Shown: positions 36,512-45,392, numbered from the stretch's first letter. The stretch: DNA of 64,000 nucleotides from Gammaproteobacteria bacterium (GCA_026705345.1 JAPPAV010000120.1:13748-77747), one strand, 5' to 3'. The notes: generated by a model from the letters alone, not told the origin. Translations and numbers: made by a program.

Positions 36512-38319
36512 GCCAGCCAGCAACGCAACTGATCCCGACCGCGCTGCCGCGAACGCCCGCGCCACGTCCCGCCGCCGCCGAAACGCTGGAGTTCAAACGC
36601 CACGTCGTGCAGCGGGTGATCGCCCTCATGCACGACGGCGCGACGTTCCGCGCGGCGGTCGTGGCGGTCGCAGACACCGAGGTCTGGCCAACTGGCGCGA
36701 AGCGCGGGAGACTGGTCAGCGAACGCAGCATCGCGGGATGGTACTCGCAGATGAAGCGCCGAGGCGCGACCGGCGTGGTACGCCAGCCGCGCGGCGACAT
36801 CGGGCGGCGGCGCGTCGCCATATCCCGCAAGTGGGACAAGCTCGCCGAGCGGTGCGGTATCGACGCCGAGGGCCGCGAGCGGATCGCCGCCGAAATGGTC
36901 GAGGCGATACGCGGCGCGTACCAGTCCGGCGTCGCCAGCGCCTCGCAGGTGCAATACGACGTGCGCCCCGACCTGCGCGACAAGACGAAGGCGGCGGCGA
37001 CGGTCCCGCCGGACGACGCCGAACTGTTGAAGGCGAGCCGGATACCGGAAGACTTCATCCGCCGCTACCAGATCGACAAGCTGCACGCGATCCACCGCGC
37101 CGACAAGGGGCGCTGGTCGAACGAGATCGTTGCGCGCGTCAAGCGCAGCCGCGAGGGCCTGCGCCGCATGGAGTGGGTCGCGGGCGACGTTCACCCGCTC
37201 GACGTGGTGCTGCGCCGCGACGACGGCTCGACGTTCCACCCGTCGCTGATCGCCTGGGAGGACCTGGCGACCAACGACCTGTTTCTGTCGGTGGCGACTC
37301 CCGAGAAGGGCCGCAACGTGGGGCGCGCCGACATAATCGAGTCGTTCGCGGAAATGTCCGCCGACAGCCAATGGGGCGTGCCGACGAACCTCTACCTGGA
37401 CAACGGCAAGGAGTACAACGGCCTGGAACTGGCCGACGACATGATGGCGCTGTCGAAGCTGGCGAACTCCGAACTCAACCTGTGGGAGGACCGCGAGGCG
37501 TTCGACTCGCGCCGCCACGGCGTGCTGCGTTCGACGGCGTACCAGCCGCAGGGCAAGATCATCGAGGGGTTCTTCTCCAACTTCGAGAGGTACCTGTCGC
37601 GGCTGCCGGGCTACACCGGCGGCGACCGCATGAACAAGCGGACGGACGTGCTCGGCCACAAGCCGACGCCGTACACCGCCGGGGTGGCGAAGTTCAAGGA
37701 AGACGTGGAGAGCGCGCTAATGGAATACCGGCAGGTGAAGCAGCGCGGCCACCTGGACGGCAGGAGTCCCCACGAGGCGACACAGGAGCAGATCGACAAG
37801 GGCTGGCGGAGCGTGGTGCTCGATCCCTCGCACCTCAACATCGTGTTCGCCGACGTGCACCGGCGGCAGGTGCAGAGCGACGGCATCCACTACGGCAAGC
37901 GCATCTACTACAGCGACGCGCTCAAGCAGCGGACGCTGCCGGGCCAGTGGGTGCAGGTGCGCGTCCCGATCATGGGCGACGGCGAACTGCTGTACGTGAT
38001 GGACGGCGACGGCAACCCCGTCTGCACCGTCTCGGAGGCTCCCGTCTACGCGCAGGACGACCTGCGCGGGCCGAACGAGATCAAGCGCCGCAAGCGCGCG
38101 CAACTCGCGCACCTGGCGGCAACGCGGGTCGACTTCGACGCCGACGCGGGCGCGCGGATGCGCCGCGCGGCGAGCGTCGATCCGGTGCCGCAGGCGCAGG
38201 TCGGCGCGTATCTGTCGGTCGACCCCGGATGGGCGAAGCTCGCGGACGAGGGGCGGGAACTGCTGGAAGGGCCGCGCGCCCCGGCGCGCGCGCCGAAGAC
38301 GACGGAGGGCGGAGCATGA
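36508..38319 (+). CDS. DDE transposase, Mu (MuA)/retroviral integrase superfamily
   Basis: 603 aa. The candidate catalytic triad is D227 (EWVAGDVHPLD), D298 (LYLDNGKEY) and E353 (PQGKIIEGFF). The spacing of 71/55 is close to the MuA D-D-E spacing as I recall it. It also has an N-terminal HTH-like region. Confidence 0.8.
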   Translation: MSQPATQLIPTALPRTPAPRPAAAETLEFKRHVVQRVIALMHDGATFRAAVVAVADTEVWPTGAKRGRLVSERSIAGWYSQMKRRGATGVVRQPRGDIGRRRVAISRKWDKLAERCGIDAEGRERIAAEMVEAIRGAYQSGVASASQVQYDVRPDLRDKTKAAATVPPDDAELLKASRIPEDFIRRYQIDKLHAIHRADKGRWSNEIVARVKRSREGLRRMEWVAGDVHPLDVVLRRDDGSTFHPSLIAWEDLATNDLFLSVATPEKGRNVGRADIIESFAEMSADSQWGVPTNLYLDNGKEYNGLELADDMMALSKLANSELNLWEDREAFDSRRHGVLRSTAYQPQGKIIEGFFSNFERYLSRLPGYTGGDRMNKRTDVLGHKPTPYTAGVAKFKEDVESALMEYRQVKQRGHLDGRSPHEATQEQIDKGWRSVVLDPSHLNIVFADVHRRQVQSDGIHYGKRIYYSDALKQRTLPGQWVQVRVPIMGDGELLYVMDGDGNPVCTVSEAPVYAQDDLRGPNEIKRRKRAQLAHLAATRVDFDADAGARMRRAASVDPVPQAQVGAYLSVDPGWAKLADEGRELLEGPRAPARAPKTTEGGA

Positions 38320-38774
38320 ACCGTCCGCGTTACATCTTCGACGACTCCCCCGGCTGGCTCCAATTCCACAAGGACGCCCTGGTGGATCGGTATTGGCGGA
38401 TGCTGCACGGCAAGCGCCCGTATTGGTCCTCCATCGGACGGGTGACGGACGAAGACCGCGCCGCGTTCCACGAGTGGCTGCAACAGGCGGTAGGCGTGGA
38501 TCACGTCAATTTCCTCACCCTCGAAACGGTGATCACGGCGCGCGATCTGCTGCTACAAGCCGAGGACGCCGGGGTTTGCGACGAGGGGCCGAGCCACCCG
38601 CTGACCTTCGGCGAACTGGAACGCGCCGTAGGGCTGACGGTCGACGACTGGCAGCGGCTGGCGGAGCGCGTCGCCACCACCTGGCCCGGCGGGTTTCCCT
38701 GCCCGCCGGACGACGACGGAGAGTACAATACGGCGGTGCCGGACCTCTCGATATGGGAGCCTGACGAATGCTGA
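38316..38774 (+). CDS. Hypothetical protein (occupies the MuB position but has no ATPase motifs)
   Basis: 152 codons forming the 3' end of track ORF 36738..38774. Its ATG overlaps the transposase stop (ATGA). I see no Walker motifs. Confidence 0.5.
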   Translation: MNRPRYIFDDSPGWLQFHKDALVDRYWRMLHGKRPYWSSIGRVTDEDRAAFHEWLQQAVGVDHVNFLTLETVITARDLLLQAEDAGVCDEGPSHPLTFGELERAVGLTVDDWQRLAERVATTWPGGFPCPPDDDGEYNTAVPDLSIWEPDEC

Positions 38775-39238
38775 CGCTAACCGAACTGGTCGACGGCTAC
38801 ATGGAACGCAAGTACGAGCCGCTGCACCTGATTTTCTACGACGTGTTCGTGGAGGCGCAGCGCGTCCGCGCGGCCAACCCCGACGACACGAACGCGGCGC
38901 TGATCGAGGCGCACGTCGAACTGGCGAGCCTCGCGGCGACGCTGGTCGCGGGCGAGATCGAGAGCGGTTTGAAAGACGACGCGGGCACCATGCGCGAACA
39001 GGTCTTCAACGCAGCGCTGGTGGCGATGGCCGCCTGGCACTCGCTCCAGGGCGCGGACCTGGGCGAGCATCAGAACCGCCTCGCGCGGGTGGCGCTGGTC
39101 GAGACGATAAACGTCGTGATGCAGCACGTCGAAAGGCCGCAAATCGCGAAGCACCATCGGGAGATTTGGGGCGACGTGCCGCGCAGGCGGAGCCGCGCGC
39201 TGCTCGCCCGCATGGAGCGGCTGGCCGAAAATGCCTGA
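38768..39238 (+). CDS. Hypothetical protein
   Basis: 156 aa, predicted helical. It overlaps both neighbours by 7-8 nt, which suggests translational coupling. Confidence 0.5.
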   Translation: MLTLTELVDGYMERKYEPLHLIFYDVFVEAQRVRAANPDDTNAALIEAHVELASLAATLVAGEIESGLKDDAGTMREQVFNAALVAMAAWHSLQGADLGEHQNRLARVALVETINVVMQHVERPQIAKHHREIWGDVPRRRSRALLARMERLAENA

Positions 39239-39695
39239 CGCCGACGCATTCGACCCCGCCGCCGATCCGGCCTGGCGGGCCGTCATGGCGGCCAAGGCCG
39301 CCGTCGAAGACGCCAGCGGCGGCGGCGATTCCGTGTCGCGGCTGGCCGCCGCCGAGGTCAAGATGGCCGCGTTCGTGGTCCAGGGATTCATCACCGAAAC
39401 CCTGCGCGGCGCGACGGTCGAGGAAACGCTGACGGTGCGCAACGCGGCGATCCTCACGGCGCAGATGGCGGTGGCGCGGCTCGCGGGCGATCCGCGCGCC
39501 GATTCCGCCGACGCGCAGGCCGCGCGGGCCGAAACGCTCGAACAGGTGCTCAACGTCGGCGAGGCGTGCCTTGCGCGCGCGGCGGCGGCGGAGCGGCGCG
39601 CGGCGGTGATGCAGGAGACGGTCAGACTGCTCCGAGAGACGCTCGAGGCGATCCAGGCCGCCGACGCCAACGGGCGCGGCCCGGAGGTCCACTAA
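39231..39695 (+). CDS. Hypothetical protein (Ala-rich, helical)
   Basis: 154 aa in an operon position directly upstream of the capsid gene. I recognise no family. Confidence 0.45.
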   Translation: MPDADAFDPAADPAWRAVMAAKAAVEDASGGGDSVSRLAAAEVKMAAFVVQGFITETLRGATVEETLTVRNAAILTAQMAVARLAGDPRADSADAQAARAETLEQVLNVGEACLARAAAAERRAAVMQETVRLLRETLEAIQAADANGRGPEVH

Positions 39696-39734
39696 CCAAA
39701 GCTCATCCATCCACAGGGACGAAAGGAGTCCGAT

Positions 39735-40673
39735 ATGGAAGTCACCCACGGCAATCTGCAAACCCTCGAACGCACGTACTCGACGGCGTTCCGCGAGGGC
39801 TACGACCAGGCGCCCCGCGACCACGAGTCGTTCGCCATGACGATCCCGAGCGGGTCGCTGACTCAGGAGTACGCTTGGCTCGGCCAGTTCCCGTCGCTCA
39901 ACGAGTGGTCGGGCGAGCGCATCATCCGGGGGATCAACCAGCAGGGGTTCGCGATCCGCAACCGCCTGTTCGAGTCGACCGTCGGCGTCCAGCGCACGAC
40001 CATCGAGGACGACCAGTACGGCGTGTACGGCCCGCTCATGCGGGAGATGGGGCGCGCCGCGTCCGACCACCAGGCGCAGATGGTCTACGGCCTGTTGGCT
40101 CAAGGGTTCACGCGGAAGGGGTACGACGGGCAGTACTTCTTCGACACCGACCATCCCGTCAGCAGCAGCGCGGGCGGCACGACGAAGCTCTACTCGAACG
40201 ACGGCGGCGGCAACAACGCCGAGGCGTGGTTCCTGGTCGACGCCTCGCGGATGGTCAAGCCGATCATCTTCCAGGAGCGGCTGCGGCCCGAGTTCACGAT
40301 GCTCAACCAGGCCGACGACGAGCACGTCTTCATGCGCGACGAGTACCTGTACGGCATCCGCGAGCGGAGCAACGTCGGGTTCGGATTCTGGCAGACCGCC
40401 TACGGTTCGAAAGACGAGCTAAACGACACGAACTACAAGACCGCGCGCGAAGCCATGCGGGGCGTCAAGGGCGACGAGGGCCGCCCTCTCGGCATCACGC
40501 CGACGCACCTGATCGTGCCGCCGACGATGGAGGAGAAGGGCCGGGAACTGCTGGTTTCGGAGCGGTCGGCGGACGGCTCCACCAACGTCTGGTTCGACAC
40601 GGCGACGCTTGTCGTGACGCCCTGGCTCTCGGCGGGAACCACGCTCGACGAGGGCGGCGGACTGGAATCGTGA
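39735..40673 (+). CDS. Mu-like major head subunit (gpT family)
   Basis: 312 aa. YAWLGQFPSLNEWSGERI...FESTVGVQRTTIEDDQYGVYGPLMREMGRAA...GYDGQYFFDTDHPV...NVGFGFWQ follows the conserved gpT pattern. Confidence 0.8.
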   Translation: MEVTHGNLQTLERTYSTAFREGYDQAPRDHESFAMTIPSGSLTQEYAWLGQFPSLNEWSGERIIRGINQQGFAIRNRLFESTVGVQRTTIEDDQYGVYGPLMREMGRAASDHQAQMVYGLLAQGFTRKGYDGQYFFDTDHPVSSSAGGTTKLYSNDGGGNNAEAWFLVDASRMVKPIIFQERLRPEFTMLNQADDEHVFMRDEYLYGIRERSNVGFGFWQTAYGSKDELNDTNYKTAREAMRGVKGDEGRPLGITPTHLIVPPTMEEKGRELLVSERSADGSTNVWFDTATLVVTPWLSAGTTLDEGGGLES

Positions 40674-41686
40674 CGCAGGCCGCAATCGCGCTCGGGCGCG
40701 CGTCGGAGCTACCGGCGGAGCCGCCCGAGTGGGTGGACCTGCTGCCGTCCGGCGCGGTCCTGGCGCGCGACGGGCGGCGCTGGACGGTCGCGGATCCCGA
40801 GGCGGTCGCCGCCGCGAGCCGCGAGCGGGCGGGCGCGACGGATCCCGCCATCGACTACGAGCACCAGTCGCACCGCACGGCGGGGGAGGCTCCCGCCGCC
40901 GGATGGATCAAGGAGATACGCGCCGAGGGCGGCGCGATCCGGGCGCGCGTCGAGTGGACCGCGCACGCGGCGGCGCGCATCCGCGCGCGCGAGTACCGCT
41001 ACCTGTCGCCGACGTTCCTGTTCGACGCCGAGACGGGCCGCGTCCGGGCCGTGACCGGCGCGGCGCTCACCAACACCCCTGCCCTGGACCTGCCCGCGCT
41101 GGCGCGGGCGCGAGACGGAGAACCCGAGATGAACGAGGCGCTAAAGGCCCTGCTGGCCGTGTTCGGCCTGGACGACAACGCGGCGGCGGATGCCGTCGAA
41201 AGCGCGGCGGCGGAGGCGCGCCCGGCGCTCGCCGCGTACCGCAAGCTCAAGGAGCGGGCCGACGCCGAAGGCACGACGGTCGACGAACTGGCGACCGCCG
41301 CCGCCCGGACCATTCCCGATCCGGCGCAGTACGTGCCGCGCGCGCAACTCGACACGGCGCTGGCGCGGGTGGTCGAACTGGAATCCACGACGACGGACGA
41401 GGCGCTCGCCGCCGCCGTCGGCGGCGCGATCCGCGACGGCAAGCTCCCGCCGTCGCAGCGGAAGTGGGCCACGGCCTACGCGCGGGAGAACCTCGACGGC
41501 TTCCGGGCGTTCGTCGCGGGCGCGCCGGTGCTGATCCGCCCCGGACGCGACGGGCGCGGCGCGCCGGGCGACGGCGGGAGGCCGTCGACGCACGGCCTGA
41601 CCGAAGCCGAACTGGCCGTCTGCCGCGCCGTGGGCGTGTCTCCCGAGAAGTATGCTGGCCTTCCGGGCCGTGGCGAAGCGGCCTAG
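40670..41686 (+). CDS. Mu-like prophage protein I (gpI head protease/scaffold family)
   Basis: Its GTG overlaps the gpT stop (GTGA). PEWVDLLPSGAVLARDGRRW...IDYEHQS...AAGWIKEIRAEGGAIRARVEWT...YRYLSPTF is the gpI signature. The Ala-rich coiled C-terminal half fits a scaffold. Confidence 0.75.
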   Translation: MTQAAIALGRASELPAEPPEWVDLLPSGAVLARDGRRWTVADPEAVAAASRERAGATDPAIDYEHQSHRTAGEAPAAGWIKEIRAEGGAIRARVEWTAHAAARIRAREYRYLSPTFLFDAETGRVRAVTGAALTNTPALDLPALARARDGEPEMNEALKALLAVFGLDDNAAADAVESAAAEARPALAAYRKLKERADAEGTTVDELATAAARTIPDPAQYVPRAQLDTALARVVELESTTTDEALAAAVGGAIRDGKLPPSQRKWATAYARENLDGFRAFVAGAPVLIRPGRDGRGAPGDGGRPSTHGLTEAELAVCRAVGVSPEKYAGLPGRGEAA

Positions 41687-41909
41687 CCGCCGCTACAGCG
41701 CCGCCGAGCGCGCGATGGTGCGGGCCGCGTTCGCGGAGGCCGCCCGGCTGCTCGGCGCGCCGCTGGACGACGACCAACTGGACGCGGCGGCGCGGATCGC
41801 GACCACCCCCGGAATCGACCGCGACACCGCCGCGCGCCGCCTGAACCGGGAGGCCCGCCCCCTGTTCGACGCCGTGAAGCGGATGCTCGCCAGGACGGGG
41901 GAGGCGTGA
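41652..41909 (+). CDS. Hypothetical small protein
   Basis: 85 aa from the ORF track. It overlaps the gpI 3' end by 35 nt, and an alternative start lies at 41715. Support is weak. Confidence 0.3.
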   Translation: MLAFRAVAKRPSRRYSAAERAMVRAAFAEAARLLGAPLDDDQLDAAARIATTPGIDRDTAARRLNREARPLFDAVKRMLARTGEA

Positions 41910-41910
41910 C

Positions 41911-44265
41911 GTGCCGCTAGGCCGGGGCGACCTCGAACTGGCGCTGCGGGTGCGCGCCGACCTGCGCCAGGCCGTCGGGGAACTGAACCGCCTGACGGCG
42001 GCGGTCGGCAAAACGGACGCGAACACGCGGCGCGGCGCGAAGGCGAACCGCGAACTGTCGCGCACCGTCCAGCGCGTGGCGCGCGACGCGCAACAGGCCG
42101 CCCGCTCGCTGGACCGCTTGGACCGCGAGCAGCGGCAGACCGCCGCCGGTGCCGAGCGCATGGAGCGCGCCGCGAGGGGCGCGGGATCGGCCTGGCGGCG
42201 GTTCCGCACCTTGGTCGCGGCGGGCGGCCTCGGCCTGCTGCTCCGCGAGGTGGTGCAGGCCGGGATCGAGTTCGAGGCGTTCGAGCAGAAGCTCCGCTTC
42301 GCGACGGGATCGGCGGCGGGCGCGACGGCGGAACTGGCGTTCCTGCGCGCCGAGGCCAACCGCCTCGGGATCGACTTCAACGTGCTCGCCGAGAGCTATT
42401 CGAACTTCGCCGCCGCGACGCGGGACACGCCGCTGGAACAACAGACGCGGGAGATATTCACGGCGTTCGCCGAGGGCGCGCGCGTGCTCCGCCTGACTCG
42501 CGAGCAGACGCGCGGCCTGTTCCTGGCGCTCGAGCAGATCGTGTCCAAGGGCGTGGTCAGCGCCGAGGAACTGCGCCAGCAGCTGGGCGAGCGGCTGCCG
42601 GGCGCGCTCCAGATCGCGGCGCGGGCGCTCGGCGTGACGACCGAGGAACTGAACCGGATGCTGGCCAGCGGCGAACTGCTGTCGACGGAGTTCCTGCCGC
42701 TGTTCGCGGCGGAGGCCCGGCGCACGTTCGGCGCGGACGTTCCCGAGGCCGCGAACAAGGCCGACGCGTCCATCGCGCGTTTAGGCAACGCGTTCCGCGA
42801 CCTCAAGGTCAGGATCGCCGAATCGGGCGTGCTGGACTTGACTGCGGCCTTGGCGGAGGCGGCCGCGGCGGGCATCCACGCGGCCAACGAGGCCGATCGG
42901 ACGCTAGGCCAGCGGCTCCAGGAGCGCGTGAGGATGGACCGACTGCGCGAACTGCTGGCCGAGCAGGCGGACCTGCGCGACCAGATCAACGCCGCGCTGG
43001 ACCGCGACGAGGCGCTGTACGCGCAGTACCTGCGCCAGCGGCTGGAGGGACTCGCGGACGATGTGCGCGACGCGGCCCGCGCGGTCCGGGCGGTGTCGGG
43101 CGCGCCGCCGCCGCTCGGGGAGATTCCGCCGGTTCCCGTCGGCGGCAGACGCCCCCGGCCCGAGCCGCCGCATCCCGAGCCAGCGCCGGTCGACCCGGAG
43201 TTTCTCGCGCGGCTGGAGAAGGAGAACCGCGCGATCCTCGGCATCTACGACCGCCGCCGCGCGAGCGCCGCCGAAACGCGCGACACGCTGCTCGGCTACC
43301 TGTCGGAGCAGACGGAGGGCTACGCGGAACACGTCGCCGCCGTGCAGACGTGGTACGACACGGTGCTCAAGGGCATCGCGGAGGACGAGGCCGCAGACGC
43401 CGAACGGCGCGCCGAGGCGAAGGCGGCGGCGCGCCAGCGCGAGATCGAGGCCGACGAACGGGCCGCCGCGAGCGCGGAGGACGCCGCACGGCGCGCGAGG
43501 GAGGCGGCGGCGCGCGAGGCCGAGCTAGCGTACCGCTCGGCGCGGGACGCCCTAACGGGCGCGCACAGGGCGCTAGGCGACATCGCCGAGCTTGCGACGG
43601 ACGCCGGGGCGGAGGCCGAGAGCGCCATCGTGAACGCGTTCCACGGCATTGAGGACGCGTTCGAGCGGCTGCGGCGGACGGGCAAGGCGAGCTTCGGCGA
43701 CCTGGTCGACTCCGTGTTGGCGGACGTGACGCGGCTGCTGCTGCGGCTCCAGGTGACCGGCCCGTTGGCGCTGTTCCTGCAATCGCTGCTAGGCGGCGCG
43801 GGGCAGGTCGGGCTGCCGCTCGGCGACGGCTCCCGGTTCGCCGGGTTCGCCCACGGCGGCGGGATCGCTGGATCGCTCCGCACCGGGCGGCGGCTGGACG
43901 CCGCCGCGTTCGCCTTCGCGCCGCGACTGCACAGGGGAGGCTCAGCGTCCGTATTCCGGCCAGCAGTCGCTCGTGGGATTCCGGGCCTGCGCGACGACGA
44001 GATTCCGACCATCCTGGAGCGCGGCGAGGGCGTGTTCACGCGCGAGCAGATGGCGGCGCTCGGCGGCCTCGCGGGCGGGCCGCGCGAGGTGGTGGTTCAG
44101 ATACGCAACGAGAGCAGCCAAGAGATCGAGGCGAGCGACGCGACGGCGGAGTTCGACGGGATGCGGCGGATGGTCGTCGGCGTCGTGTTGAACGACCTGC
44201 AACACGGCGGGGACATATCCCGCGCCCTGCACGGTGGGTTCGGCCTGCGGCGGAGGCCGATTTGA
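41911..44265 (+). CDS. Phage tail tape measure protein
   Basis: 784 aa with a GTG start. The conserved tape-measure core is TREQTRGLFLALEQIVSKGVVSAEELRQQLGERLPGALQIAARALGVTTEELNRMLASGELLSTEFLPLFA. Long coiled-coil Ala/Arg/Glu-rich segments follow. Confidence 0.8.
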   Translation: MPLGRGDLELALRVRADLRQAVGELNRLTAAVGKTDANTRRGAKANRELSRTVQRVARDAQQAARSLDRLDREQRQTAAGAERMERAARGAGSAWRRFRTLVAAGGLGLLLREVVQAGIEFEAFEQKLRFATGSAAGATAELAFLRAEANRLGIDFNVLAESYSNFAAATRDTPLEQQTREIFTAFAEGARVLRLTREQTRGLFLALEQIVSKGVVSAEELRQQLGERLPGALQIAARALGVTTEELNRMLASGELLSTEFLPLFAAEARRTFGADVPEAANKADASIARLGNAFRDLKVRIAESGVLDLTAALAEAAAAGIHAANEADRTLGQRLQERVRMDRLRELLAEQADLRDQINAALDRDEALYAQYLRQRLEGLADDVRDAARAVRAVSGAPPPLGEIPPVPVGGRRPRPEPPHPEPAPVDPEFLARLEKENRAILGIYDRRRASAAETRDTLLGYLSEQTEGYAEHVAAVQTWYDTVLKGIAEDEAADAERRAEAKAAARQREIEADERAAASAEDAARRAREAAAREAELAYRSARDALTGAHRALGDIAELATDAGAEAESAIVNAFHGIEDAFERLRRTGKASFGDLVDSVLADVTRLLLRLQVTGPLALFLQSLLGGAGQVGLPLGDGSRFAGFAHGGGIAGSLRTGRRLDAAAFAFAPRLHRGGSASVFRPAVARGIPGLRDDEIPTILERGEGVFTREQMAALGGLAGGPREVVVQIRNESSQEIEASDATAEFDGMRRMVVGVVLNDLQHGGDISRALHGGFGLRRRPI

Positions 44266-44885
44266 CACCTCGTTTCGAGGACCTTCAGGCCGTGGCATGG
44301 AGCAACTTGCTGTCGGGCGTCCGCGACGCGATATATGCGCAGGTCGACTTCAGTCGGCTCGCGCCACACGCCACCGAACCGTACTCGACGGTCGCGCTAA
44401 CGGGGGAGGATTGGCTGTGGCTCCAGAGTCATTTGCGTCGGGCCGTAACGTTCCACGCGGACCTTTGGGGAATTCGGCTCAGAGACGAAGGGGGGTTGGA
44501 CCCGCTCGAACCGCTGCTGTTCATCCGCAGCGGCGCGGCGTCCCTACGCCCTTGGCGCAGTGACAACCCGCCGGACGCGGGCGACCCAATCGTCAGGTCG
44601 CGCGCATTGACGACGATTGCGGTTTTGCAGGACGACCCCGATTGCGTCTTGGAGGCGTTGACGCTTGGGGATGGAGACTCTCGCGGTGTCGACCTGCTGC
44701 GCAACCGGCGGTTCGCCCCGGGCGACGACGCCAACAACCCCACCGGGCCATGGTTTCGTTATTCCGGCGTTGATGGCGCGACGTTCCGGGCGGAGTACCA
44801 ACGAACAACTCCGTTGGCAGCGAGTGCGGGCAGGACCGTGGACAGCATTGTCTCCTATGCCCACCATTACTACCCGCGTCCCTAG
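44262..44885 (+). CDS. Hypothetical protein (last gene of the element)
   Basis: 207 aa. Its TTG start overlaps the tape-measure stop (TTGA). I recognise no family. Confidence 0.45.
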   Translation: MTPRFEDLQAVAWSNLLSGVRDAIYAQVDFSRLAPHATEPYSTVALTGEDWLWLQSHLRRAVTFHADLWGIRLRDEGGLDPLEPLLFIRSGAASLRPWRSDNPPDAGDPIVRSRALTTIAVLQDDPDCVLEALTLGDGDSRGVDLLRNRRFAPGDDANNPTGPWFRYSGVDGATFRAEYQRTTPLAASAGRTVDSIVSYAHHYYPRP

Positions 44886-44952
44886 GTCGTTTGTTCCTCT
44901 ACCACCTGCTCCCGCGAAATCCCGTTTGATCCCGGAAAATCCCGGCTTTCGC

Positions 44953-45003
44953 CGTTGCTGCAAACTAATTATCGGTTGCTGCAAAACAATTTTCCGCCTC
45001 GTA
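44953..45003 (-). repeat. Right terminal inverted repeat with two putative transposase-binding sites
   Basis: TGCTGCAA (the reverse complement of TTGCAGCA) occurs at 44956-44963 and 44977-44984. The last site lies 19 nt from the terminus, mirroring the left end. Confidence 0.75.
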
Positions 45004-45392
45004 CCGGTTCGCACAAGTGGCATGACCAGGAGGTGCGTCAGCCTCCCGATGTCGGGACCGTCCAGATGGAGATGGGTGTCGGCTCGCTGTTGGCTTGGAC
45101 CGGCGCCATGTGGCACGGCGGGGGCGCCAACAAGACCAAGGATCAGAGCCGGCTCGCCGTCGACATCAACTTCAACCTCTCGTACCTCCGCCAGCAGGAG
45201 AACCAGTACATCGGTGTCCCGCGGGAGGAAGTCGCGAAAATGCCCGAGCGACTACAGCGCGTGCTCGGCTATCAGCAGGGCATGTCGATCGCCGGACCCG
45301 GCATGGTGGATCTGCGCGACCCGCTGAAGATGATGGACCGGGTGCATTTCGGGTACGACGTCAACGGCCCCGACATGCCCGCTATCGGCTAG
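45004..45392 (+). pseudogene. PhyH-family dioxygenase fragment (downstream piece of the gene split by the element)
   Basis: GSHKWHDQEV...GSLLAWTGAMWHGGGANKTKDQSRLAVDINFNLSYLRQQEN is the PGSHKW plus distal-His (WHGGG) C-terminal half of PhyH proteins. It is in frame with the 35194-35313 piece once the insertion and one TSD copy are removed. Confidence 0.8.

Larger units (their letters stand above)
35314..45003 (+). mobile_element. Mu-type transposable element (9,690 bp) with imperfect multi-site terminal inverted repeats and 5-bp target site duplication
   Basis: CCGGT at 35309-35313 is repeated at 45004-45008. The ends align in inverted orientation ((T)ACGATGCCGACAAATATTTTGCAGCA vs TACGAGGCGGAAAATTGTTTTGCAGCA), and each carries two TTGCAGCA sites 21-23 bp apart. 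Joining the flanks restores ...ENGATVLVPGSHKWHDQ... of a PhyH-like gene. It encodes a DDE transposase plus Mu-like virion genes. Confidence 0.85.

Noticed and set aside
36738-38774. A 678-aa plus-strand ORF overlapping the transposase in another frame.
   Set aside because: Most of it is extreme Arg/Gly/Pro/Ala low-complexity sequence, while the 36508 frame carries the DDE motifs. Only its last 152 codons (38316-38774, after an ATGA junction) look like a real gene.
35088-43244. Several long minus-strand ORFs inside or across the Mu-type element: 35088-36029, 36157-37659, 39006-40325, 41247-42380 and 42396-43244.
   Set aside because: - All are antisense to plus-strand genes with recognisable homology or tight translational coupling.
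- All have Arg/Pro/Gly/Ala-biased low-complexity translations.
- One crosses the element's left terminal repeat.
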